Shown in pieces: positions 9,316 to 17,721 of a DNA stretch of 53,104 nt. Source of the stretch: a virus (lineage: Duplodnaviria; Caudoviricetes); IMG/VR virus record IMGVR_UViG_3300027753_000020, positions 1-53,104 of that record, one strand, 5' to 3'. A program made the position numbers and the translations under genes. The notes under the pieces were generated by a model. That model saw nothing but the letters and a program-made list of their open reading frames with translations. It was not told where the DNA came from and did not search any database. The stretch's first letter is position 1, and each line of letters begins with the position of its first letter.

Positions 9316-9728
9316 TGCCGTTAACAGAAACTAATACAAATGAATTTGTAACTTACACTCAAAAACTAAGAGAAGCTAAAGACCAATATACAGAACGTAA
9401 AGTACAAAAAGATAGAATAAAACATGTAGGTTGGTTTAATGCTGTATTATCACAAAAAGATATAGTGCTAACATATAAAGAAGATGGCAAGTCTATACAA
9501 GTTATTGCATCAAAGAATGGCAATGGTGTTGGCCCGTTACCTCAGCCACCTATTACAATAGAAAATGTATTAGGCGAAGATCGAGAAGAAGTACATCATA
9601 TTGTGTTTTATACATCACCGCAAGGAGATACTAAAGTTGTACATATAGACGATGTTGAATGTTGGGTAATCACTAACACAATGATGAATCAAATAGACAA
9701 AATTTATAAAAGGTCAATAAATGTTTAA
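9315..9728 (+). CDS. Hypothetical protein
   Basis: 137 aa, AGGAGA SD, TAATG coupling. Confidence 0.55.
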   Translation: MPLTETNTNEFVTYTQKLREAKDQYTERKVQKDRIKHVGWFNAVLSQKDIVLTYKEDGKSIQVIASKNGNGVGPLPQPPITIENVLGEDREEVHHIVFYTSPQGDTKVVHIDDVECWVITNTMMNQIDKIYKRSINV

Positions 9729-10485
9729 TTGGTTTAAGAAAAAACCTAAAGTAGAATTTGTCTGTTTATTTCCAGAAATAAAAGAAGTGATGCCTGTTGT
9801 TCCAGCAAGTAAAATAAAGTTTAAATGGGTAAAGACAGCAATAGACGACTGGAAGAAAACACAACAAGAAATGAAAGATACTCCTGTTAAGTTAACACAT
9901 TTTGCTAGATGCCCTGGCATGCACAAAATTATGCGTGAAGGTTGGATATTACGTAGCTGGTGTGACTTTACAGTTAAAACTGACGGTGACGGAAAGACAT
10001 TTCAATGGGGGTCTCCAGTTTCTCAAAAAAGTATGGATGCAGATCATATTTGGAAATGGGATTATTTGTCGCATCATGCAGAATCTATATTTGGTCAAAC
10101 AGATAAAAGAAACACCCTAGATACTGTTCTTAAAGTGCAAACGCCTTGGATTGTATATGTTCCAAAAGGGTATTACTTATTATGCATGCCTTGTCCTTAC
10201 CCAGACAATCATAGCTTTACAGCAGCAACTGGATTCATAGATGGTGACGAAGGACCAAATTTTTTAAATGTACAGTTATACTGGCATGAGTTAGATGGTA
10301 TAACAAAAATTCCTGCAGGTACTCCTCTAGCACAATATATGCTTGTTAAAAAAGATAGCATTGAAGGCGATGTAAGAAGCGTAACAGACAAAGATATAAA
10401 AAATCTACGTTTAAGATCAACTATATTAGACAATCGTTTTATTGTAGATTATAAACCGTTAAAGGAAGTAAAGTGGCATGAGTAG
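9721..10485 (+). CDS. Conserved CPG/GTP-motif protein, paralog 2
   Basis: RCPGM...GWILRSW...KVQTPW...PYPD...G.ID...AGTPLAQY, colinear with 8575-9315. Confidence 0.55.
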   Translation: MFNWFKKKPKVEFVCLFPEIKEVMPVVPASKIKFKWVKTAIDDWKKTQQEMKDTPVKLTHFARCPGMHKIMREGWILRSWCDFTVKTDGDGKTFQWGSPVSQKSMDADHIWKWDYLSHHAESIFGQTDKRNTLDTVLKVQTPWIVYVPKGYYLLCMPCPYPDNHSFTAATGFIDGDEGPNFLNVQLYWHELDGITKIPAGTPLAQYMLVKKDSIEGDVRSVTDKDIKNLRLRSTILDNRFIVDYKPLKEVKWHE

Positions 10486-10702
10486 TTTTCATAAAGTTGA
10501 AATTTGTACTATGATGGATCGAGACAATAAGATAGGAAATGATGCACACGCTAATTGGCTGCGCTGGTCAGTACAACACAGACGTATGGCAAATTTTAGA
10601 ATACAACTTAGTCACTGTAAGACATATGTAACTATGAGTGACGGCGAAGCCTTTGAGTATTTTAAAAGACATTGGACATATTACAACCGAATCTTATATT
10701 AA
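10478..10702 (+). CDS. Small hypothetical protein
   Basis: 74 aa, overlaps the previous stop and fills the gap to the next promoter. Confidence 0.45.
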   Translation: MSSFHKVEICTMMDRDNKIGNDAHANWLRWSVQHRRMANFRIQLSHCKTYVTMSDGEAFEYFKRHWTYYNRILY

Positions 10703-10708
10703 CATACA

Positions 10709-10716
10709 GATAAATA
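10709..10716 (+). promoter_or_regulatory. T4-like late promoter motif
   Basis: GATAAATA upstream of the fibre operon; the motif recurs before structural genes. Confidence 0.6.
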
Positions 10717-10741
10717 CTACTGTACAGATTAGGACTTTAAT

Positions 10742-12229
10742 ATGGCATCAAATACAGCACCAGTAGTAGACAGAATACGAATTATACCTAGACCCGATGA
10801 CTTTCTTGACAGAAACGTTGGTTCTAGTGGCGAAGTCTTTTACGATAAGCAAGCAAACACTCTAAGATTATACAGCGGTAAACAAGCAGGTGGGTTTTCA
10901 TTACTAACAGCAGGAAACTTATCGCAACAACTTGCAGATGCCGGCGTTGCACTACTTGAAAAAACTGTTACTGTAGGCGTTGATACTGAAAACGGTCAAG
11001 CATCTGGTGTATTTTATATTGACGGAGTAGAAAAACCTCAACTAGAGTTTGTTAGAGGTTATACATATCTATTTGATCAGTCAGATGAAACAAACAACTC
11101 ATTTGCTAATCTATGGCATCCTTTAATGTTTGCTACTACTCCAAATGGAGACTTAATAGAGGGCGGCGCACATTACAATCCAGGTATAGTTTATTTACTA
11201 GACGACGATCCTGTATCAATGAGATACTATACAGATAATTTTCAATCTGCTACAACAAAAAAAGTTTTATTTACAGTCAAAAGTAGCGCACCAGACACAT
11301 TATACTACTGGTGTCATTTCCATACAAATCAAGGTAATGAGATTACTGTTTCTGATCCAGGTACTGGTACTGGTACCGGCGGTGGAGCAAGTGTAGAAGT
11401 ATCAGACACAGCACCAACAGCACCAACACAAGGTACTATATGGTTTGATAGTAGTAACGGTAAAATATTTGTTTACGTTACAGACGAAGATAGTAGTCAA
11501 TGGGTACAACCTACAGTACCTTTACCGCCAGTTAACACATTTAAAAACATTAGTGTTACCGGTGGATCAACACTAGTAGCAAGTGGTAATGCAGATACAG
11601 TAAATTTTGCACCAGGATCAAATATAACATTAAGTGTTAATCCTGCTACAAATACAATCACAATAAACAGTTCAGGCGGCGGTGGATCATCATATGACCA
11701 AAACTTAAATACTACAGATGATGTTACGTTTGATGATATTACAGCAACAGGAATATTAACAGCGTCTAGTATAAATGCTGCAGCAATACAAAATACAGGT
11801 GTAGGTAATCCTACTTTTACAAGTGCAAGTACTATTGACTTTATTGCACCAGATGGTATACGATTAGAAAACGTATTAAAAACTAACGAAGTTTTAACTA
11901 ATATAGCAGGAGCAACGGGAACAGTTACATTTAATTATAGTGCTGGGCCAATATTTAATGTTACAACACCAGCGGCAAACTGGACAGCAGATATAACAAA
12001 TGTTCCAACCACAGACAACAGAGCAACAAACACAGCAATTATTATTACACAAGGAACAACACCATATGTGCCTACTGTAATACAAATAGCAGGAGTAACG
12101 CAAACCATAAATTGGATAGATAACGTTGCACCATCCGGCAATGCAAACAAGACCGATGTAATAACTTTATCCATGCTACGTGTAGGAGGTTCTTGGAACG
12201 TTTTAGGTAGTTACGTAAATTATGGATAA
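10742..12229 (+). CDS. Virion fibre/appendage protein with cupredoxin-like module
   Basis: N-terminal GEVFYD...LRLYSG...GG anchor, RGYTYLFDQSD..N..HPL...APDTLYYWCHFH, VSDTAPTAPTQGTIWFD fibre linker, T/N-rich shaft. Confidence 0.7.
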   Translation: MASNTAPVVDRIRIIPRPDDFLDRNVGSSGEVFYDKQANTLRLYSGKQAGGFSLLTAGNLSQQLADAGVALLEKTVTVGVDTENGQASGVFYIDGVEKPQLEFVRGYTYLFDQSDETNNSFANLWHPLMFATTPNGDLIEGGAHYNPGIVYLLDDDPVSMRYYTDNFQSATTKKVLFTVKSSAPDTLYYWCHFHTNQGNEITVSDPGTGTGTGGGASVEVSDTAPTAPTQGTIWFDSSNGKIFVYVTDEDSSQWVQPTVPLPPVNTFKNISVTGGSTLVASGNADTVNFAPGSNITLSVNPATNTITINSSGGGGSSYDQNLNTTDDVTFDDITATGILTASSINAAAIQNTGVGNPTFTSASTIDFIAPDGIRLENVLKTNEVLTNIAGATGTVTFNYSAGPIFNVTTPAANWTADITNVPTTDNRATNTAIIITQGTTPYVPTVIQIAGVTQTINWIDNVAPSGNANKTDVITLSMLRVGGSWNVLGSYVNYG

Positions 12230-12234
12230 TAGTT

Positions 12235-13512
12235 ATGCCAAGATATAGTTCAGCAAGTTCCCTACAATATTTTCAGCCTATACTTAAACCTTTTAAATTA
12301 TTAAAATATTTAGAAAATCCAAACGAAGAAGGCATTGCACAATCAGATGCATTTGGTACTACTGTTGCAATAGGACCTAATCATATTGCTGTAGGAGCAC
12401 CTGGCGAACAAGGCACATCAGGAGTACCATCACAAGGTATTGTTTACATTTACACTTCTACAGGTACATATCTAAGAACAATAGTAAATCCAAATCCAGT
12501 AGCACCTATAAATGCAGGTGACGGAGATTTGTTTGGCACAAGTGTTGCTGTTAATACAGGATACGTTATTGTAGGAGCACCGGGCGAAAATGATGCTACT
12601 GATAATAACGGTAAAGCATACGTATTTGATATAACTGACGGAAGTTTAGTATATACGTTTAATGATCCAAATCCTAATACAACAGAAATTAATGCAAATG
12701 GTGATGCATTTGGTAGTACTGTTGCACTTACTGAAGACTATGCAAGTGTTTGTGCATATAGAGAAAACGCTGTAGGGCTAGGCGACGATACAGGTTGGAC
12801 ATACATCTTTGATTTATCAAACGGAAACTTAGATCACTCTATTGAAAATCCAAACTTAGATGGTGAAGATGAATATCCAGGTGACCAAATTGGTGAAAGG
12901 ATTAATACACTTGCTATTACTGATACATGGACAATGATAGGCAACTGGAGAGAAAATGAACCGGGTGCATTAGGACAAGGTGATAGTGGTGCATTCTTCC
13001 TATTTAATAACTCTACAGGTGCTGCTGATCAATCAATTTATAATCCAAAAGATGATGCACTTGACGGGGATGATAGATTTGCTTATGCTGTAGACTTAAA
13101 TGAAAATTATGCTGTAGTAGGTTGCCCTGGCGAGGACAGTGAAGCTACAAACAGTGGCAGAGTATATGTATATAATCCAACAAACGGAAGTTTAGTATCT
13201 ACAATACAAAATCCTAATACATACGGTACCGCAAATAATGATAGGTTTGGTGAATCTATTGCACTAACAGATAATTATCTTGCTGTAGGAGCGTTAGAAG
13301 AAGATGACGATAATGGTACAGCAAGTGGCGTTATACATATTTTTAGTACAACGGACTGGAGTTACCTAACTACTATAACTAATCCAAATAAATATACTAC
13401 TAGCACTAGTGATAGATTTGGCTATACTATAAGAGCAACTAATGATTATCTAGTAACAGGTGTTCCTGCTGAAAATCAAGGTAGTGGTGCTGTTTATATT
13501 TTTAAGGCGTAA
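12235..13512 (+). CDS. FG-GAP/integrin-alpha-like beta-propeller repeat protein
   Basis: About 7 repeats of NP...DxFGxxVA....VGAPGE...G.VY(I/V)(Y/F). Confidence 0.85.
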   Translation: MPRYSSASSLQYFQPILKPFKLLKYLENPNEEGIAQSDAFGTTVAIGPNHIAVGAPGEQGTSGVPSQGIVYIYTSTGTYLRTIVNPNPVAPINAGDGDLFGTSVAVNTGYVIVGAPGENDATDNNGKAYVFDITDGSLVYTFNDPNPNTTEINANGDAFGSTVALTEDYASVCAYRENAVGLGDDTGWTYIFDLSNGNLDHSIENPNLDGEDEYPGDQIGERINTLAITDTWTMIGNWRENEPGALGQGDSGAFFLFNNSTGAADQSIYNPKDDALDGDDRFAYAVDLNENYAVVGCPGEDSEATNSGRVYVYNPTNGSLVSTIQNPNTYGTANNDRFGESIALTDNYLAVGALEEDDDNGTASGVIHIFSTTDWSYLTTITNPNKYTTSTSDRFGYTIRATNDYLVTGVPAENQGSGAVYIFKA

Positions 13513-13515
13513 TAC

Positions 13516-15084
13516 ATGGAAAAAGAATACATTGTAGTAGTACATAGAGGAATCGACTTAGAGGCATTTGATGCAGAATTATCTGCAAGTTCAGGTGCTG
13601 GACCAATACCAAATAGAAGTGTAGATGTAGCAAATCCAAGAGCTGGTTCAAAACGTATGACACACTGGATGCTTACTGAAGAAGAAGCATCAACATTACA
13701 AAATGACGAAAGAGTATTATCTGTAGAGATACCGCCAGAACAACGAGACGATATTCAACTAATAAAAAATGCATCGCAAACTGGTGTATTTTATAGAACA
13801 ATATCAGGAGCAGCACTAACAACACCAAGTTATGTAAATTGGGGACTAAGACGTTGTATAGAAGAAACAAATGTTTATGCCAGCAATAATACTGTTGCAG
13901 GTGACTACGACTATGCGTTAGACGGAACAGGCGTAGACGTAGTAATACAAGACAGCGGCATTGATCCTAATCATCCTGAGTGGGAAGATAAAGATGGTGT
14001 TAGTAGATTACAACAAATTGACTGGTATACAGAAAGCGGACTATCTGGAGTACAAAGCACAAACTATTATAGAGATGCTGATGGCCACGGAACACATTGC
14101 GCAGGTATAGCGGCAGGTAAAACATACGGTTGGGCAAAAGGCGCACACATTTATTCTCAAAAGTTAGCAGGCCTAGAAACATTGTCAGGAAGTGACGGTA
14201 CTGGTACTTCAATTAGTGATGCGTTTGATGCTATACGATTATGGCACAATGCTAAGACTAACAGCCGTCCTACAGTAGTTAATATGAGTTGGGGCTACGG
14301 ATCAGATCAAACTACTGATCCAATAAGTGGCACCTATAGAGGTGCGGCATGGACATACGGAGTTGACTACACTGATAGAGGCGGACTATGGGCCGCAACT
14401 GGAGTTAGTAGATTGTTTTTTGGTAACAATAGAGTACCAGTAAGAGTGCCATCAGTAGATGCAGAAATAGAAGATATGATAGATGACGGCATACATGTAT
14501 GCATTGCCGCAGGAAACAATAGATATAAAGCAGACTTACCAACAGGACTTGACTTTGATAATGAAGTAGTGTTTAGTGGCGGGACGTACCAATATCATCG
14601 AGGTAGTTCTCCATTTAGTAATGAAGCATTTATGGTGGGTAATATAGATGCACAAGTTAATAGTGGTGTTGATAGAATAGCAGGAAGTTCAACAAGAGGT
14701 CCTGCTATAAACATATACGCACCCGGCGACAACATAATGAGTACGTCTAGCATTGCAGCAGACGCTGTATATTCATTGCTAGACTATCCTGGTAACAGTA
14801 CATATAAAATTATGAGTATTGGCGGCACATCAATGGCATCGCCACAAGTAGCAGGAGTTTGTGCTTTACATTTACAAGTACAACCTGACTTAACACCAGG
14901 ACAGTTAAAAGATAAAGTTATTAGTGATGCTAAAGAGGTAATAAGTACTACGGGTTCTGATACTGATTATGATGATTACATTAATAGTTTATTAGGTGGT
15001 CCAAACAAAATGTTATACAGTAGATACGGATCAGCAAACACCTGGGCTATTACAGGAACGATAAATATTAGTGGAGGCTTATAA
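13516..15084 (+). CDS. S8 subtilisin-like serine protease with N-terminal propeptide
   Basis: Catalytic triad motifs VIQDSGI, DGHGTHCAG and GGTSMASPQVAG, oxyanion AAGN, and an EYIV...L..D.RVLSVE I9-like prodomain. Confidence 0.92.
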   Translation: MEKEYIVVVHRGIDLEAFDAELSASSGAGPIPNRSVDVANPRAGSKRMTHWMLTEEEASTLQNDERVLSVEIPPEQRDDIQLIKNASQTGVFYRTISGAALTTPSYVNWGLRRCIEETNVYASNNTVAGDYDYALDGTGVDVVIQDSGIDPNHPEWEDKDGVSRLQQIDWYTESGLSGVQSTNYYRDADGHGTHCAGIAAGKTYGWAKGAHIYSQKLAGLETLSGSDGTGTSISDAFDAIRLWHNAKTNSRPTVVNMSWGYGSDQTTDPISGTYRGAAWTYGVDYTDRGGLWAATGVSRLFFGNNRVPVRVPSVDAEIEDMIDDGIHVCIAAGNNRYKADLPTGLDFDNEVVFSGGTYQYHRGSSPFSNEAFMVGNIDAQVNSGVDRIAGSSTRGPAINIYAPGDNIMSTSSIAADAVYSLLDYPGNSTYKIMSIGGTSMASPQVAGVCALHLQVQPDLTPGQLKDKVISDAKEVISTTGSDTDYDDYINSLLGGPNKMLYSRYGSANTWAITGTINISGGL

Positions 15085-16664
15085 TGGCACTTAATTTTCC
15101 TAGCGCACCTAGCGCAGATGAAACATTTACAGACGGTACAACTACATGGATATGGGACGGCGTTTCTTGGAATGTAGTTTCCGGTGGCGGTATATCTGCC
15201 GAACAGCCTGATGCATTTAAGACGTTTACAGCAGACACTGGTACTACTACAGCAGATAACGAAAATGACTCATTTGCTATTAGCGGTGGTACTAGTATTG
15301 AAACAACAATAAGCGGCGATGAAGTAACAATAGACTTTAATGGCTCTGTTGGTGATCCTGATCAAAATATCTTTTCTCAAATTGATGCAGATGCAGGATC
15401 AATATCGGCCTCTACAACAAGTAGTATATTAACTGTTGAAGGTGGAACTAACGTAACAACACAGATTGTAGGTAACACACTTACAATTAATGGTTCAACA
15501 CCTACACTAAGCATAAATGATTTAACAGACGTAGATACTACAAATACAACACCTGTTGCAGGTAATGTGTTAAAATGGGACGGTGCAAAATGGTCACCAG
15601 GACTTGATGCAACAACAGGCGGAGGCGGCACTGATGCTGACACATTAGACGGTCAAGATAGTACATATTTTTTAAATTATAATAACTTACAAAATACACC
15701 AACTGTGCCAGCAGATGTAAGCGACTTAACTGACACTACATCTTTATTATTCAGCGGAGCATTTGCAGACTTAACTACTAAACCAACTACTATAGCAGGT
15801 TACGGTATTACTGATGCATTTGACGGATCATTTTTAAACTTATCAAATGTACCTACTACAATATCAGGTTACGGTATTACTGATGCTGTTGTGGACTTTG
15901 CAGACTTAGGCACAACTCCAACTACTATATCAGGATACGGAATAACAGATGCACTTAGTACAAGTTCTAATTTATCAGCATTAGCAGACGTAGATACTAC
16001 AGCACCAGCCACAGGTCAAGCACTTGTATGGGACGGCGACTCGTGGGGTCCAGACACAGTAAGTGGTGGCGGCGGCGATCCAGATCAGAATGTGTTTACA
16101 ACAATATTTGGTGATGCTGGATCATTAGTAGCGACTACTACAACATCATCTTTTACAGTACAAGGTGGTACAAATATTAATACTACAGTAGCAGGTAATA
16201 ATGTACGTGTTGATTTTTCAGGAGCATTAGGTGTTGACAAGTATGACGATTTAGAAGAAGTTGTACGTACTGGTAGAACAATTGACAAAAGTTATACATC
16301 AGCTTTTGCAATGATTAGAATGAATAATGCAGGTAACTCTGCTTATACTGTTGATAGTCACGGATATAGTGGAAATAATCCTACGTTGTATGCAATTGGC
16401 GGAATGACTATTGCATTTGATTTAGATCAAATAGGCGGACATCCATTTGAAATACAAGACGGTACAGGTACAGCATATAATACTGGCCTAATACATGTAG
16501 ATATTATTGGTAATGTTTCAACTGGTACAAACGCACAGGGTAAAGATGGCGGAACATTGTATTGGGAAGTGCCAGAGACTATCTCAGGTGGTTACAGATA
16601 TCAGTGTACATTACACCCTGCAATGGTAGGTGCTATAACTATTAAACGTATATCACTACTTTAA
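15084..16664 (+). CDS. Tail fibre-like protein with repeats and C-terminal cupredoxin-like domain
   Basis: MALNFPSAP...WIWDGVSW N-terminus, L.DVDT..P..G.VL.WDG repeats, PTTIxGYGITDA repeats, GHPFEI...YRYQCTLHPAMVG. Confidence 0.75.
   Translation: MALNFPSAPSADETFTDGTTTWIWDGVSWNVVSGGGISAEQPDAFKTFTADTGTTTADNENDSFAISGGTSIETTISGDEVTIDFNGSVGDPDQNIFSQIDADAGSISASTTSSILTVEGGTNVTTQIVGNTLTINGSTPTLSINDLTDVDTTNTTPVAGNVLKWDGAKWSPGLDATTGGGGTDADTLDGQDSTYFLNYNNLQNTPTVPADVSDLTDTTSLLFSGAFADLTTKPTTIAGYGITDAFDGSFLNLSNVPTTISGYGITDAVVDFADLGTTPTTISGYGITDALSTSSNLSALADVDTTAPATGQALVWDGDSWGPDTVSGGGGDPDQNVFTTIFGDAGSLVATTTTSSFTVQGGTNINTTVAGNNVRVDFSGALGVDKYDDLEEVVRTGRTIDKSYTSAFAMIRMNNAGNSAYTVDSHGYSGNNPTLYAIGGMTIAFDLDQIGGHPFEIQDGTGTAYNTGLIHVDIIGNVSTGTNAQGKDGGTLYWEVPETISGGYRYQCTLHPAMVGAITIKRISLL
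15762..15953 (+). repeat. Three tandem ~22-aa fibre repeats (FxxLxxxPTTIxGYGITDA)
   Basis: FADLTTKPTTIAGYGITDA / FLNLSNVPTTISGYGITDA / FADLGTTPTTISGYGITDA. Confidence 0.85.
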
Positions 16665-16919
16665 TTGCTTTAAAATTGATTCAATTTTATCTTTAGTAAT
16701 AAGCAGATTATGCTTAATATCAATTAACTGTCTTGGCTTAATATAACCACCACTTCCGCTTTGATGTCCTACATCAATTTCATCACTAAGTGATTTAAAT
16801 GTATTGACATATCCTATTAATTTATCTTTTAATTTGCCTTCGTCTAAACTATCACATGCGGCTTTATACCTAGTAATATCTTTAATCCATTTTTCAGACT
16901 TTGTTAATAGTGGAAACAT
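16656..16919 (-). CDS. Hypothetical protein
   Basis: 87 aa, last gene of the minus-strand block, AGGA upstream. Confidence 0.55.
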   Translation of the reverse strand: MFPLLTKSEKWIKDITRYKAACDSLDEGKLKDKLIGYVNTFKSLSDEIDVGHQSGSGGYIKPRQLIDIKHNLLITKDKIESILKQLK

Positions 16920-16923
16920 TTTT

Positions 16924-17280
16924 CTATCCTATGTTATTTGAAGGTAATACTATAAAAGTATCTTTTTCAAAATCACCATTACTAGATTCTGTTATAGAAC
17001 TGTCAGCTACTATTGCTTCTAAACAACACGGCATTAATGGTAATACATGATGTGTTTGACCTTCACCTAACACAGTTTCAAATAATTTTCCTGTGTCTGT
17101 ATCTATCCATCTTAACTTAAAATTACCTGTGTTTACAAACCATGTTTTTTCTTTTTTAACATTAAAAAAGAAATCTGTTCTACTACCAGCACCAGTAAAT
17201 GCTAATATTTTTGTGCAATAATCATTGGTCCTAGCAATAGTTAATTCGTGTCCCCAAGTTTGTTTTGTTACGTCACTCAT
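16924..17280 (-). CDS. Cupin-fold protein (degenerate metal site)
   Basis: WGHE...CTKIL...KEKTWFV..G...LGEGQTHHV.P...L.A...I.E.S cupin pattern. Confidence 0.6.
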   Translation of the reverse strand: MSDVTKQTWGHELTIARTNDYCTKILAFTGAGSRTDFFFNVKKEKTWFVNTGNFKLRWIDTDTGKLFETVLGEGQTHHVLPLMPCCLEAIVADSSITESSNGDFEKDTFIVLPSNNIG

Positions 17281-17713
17281 TTTCGTTAATTACCTTTAGT
17301 ACTTCAATTATTGTTTTTAACTTATTTTGTATTGTTTTATTTTGTAGTGTATTTCTTAAACCGTGATGTAATGGCTTTGGCCATTGTCCCGTAGTAACCC
17401 ATGCATAGCCATCGTGTTCGTGATTAAGTGTTGGAATAAATTCATTTTCTACTACAATTAAATATGTATGAAAGGAAAAGTAATTATCATTGCTAACAAA
17501 ACTTTCTAATGGAAGAACTTTAGTATAATCTACGTTGCCTATTTCTTCTAGAACTTCTCTTTTAAGTCCTTCCCAAGGAGTTTCGGCATTTTCGTTTGTG
17601 CCACCAACAAGGCCCCAAGAAACATTAGACTTGTTTCCTGTCCTATGTAAAAATAAAAATCTTTCTGTGGCTAAGGAGTAGAATAATGCTCCACTACAAA
17701 CAATCTCTTTCAT
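17273..17713 (-). CDS. NUDIX hydrolase
   Basis: Nudix box GTNENAETPWEGLKREVLEEIG, plus LNHEHDGYAW. Confidence 0.9.
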   Translation of the reverse strand: MKEIVCSGALFYSLATERFLFLHRTGNKSNVSWGLVGGTNENAETPWEGLKREVLEEIGNVDYTKVLPLESFVSNDNYFSFHTYLIVVENEFIPTLNHEHDGYAWVTTGQWPKPLHHGLRNTLQNKTIQNKLKTIIEVLKVINENE

Positions 17714-17721
17714 ACTAATAA

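Noticed and set aside
10742-16664. Diversity-generating retroelement targeting the fibre genes
   Set aside because: No reverse transcriptase, and no near-identical TR/VR pair differing at adenines, was seen in the window.
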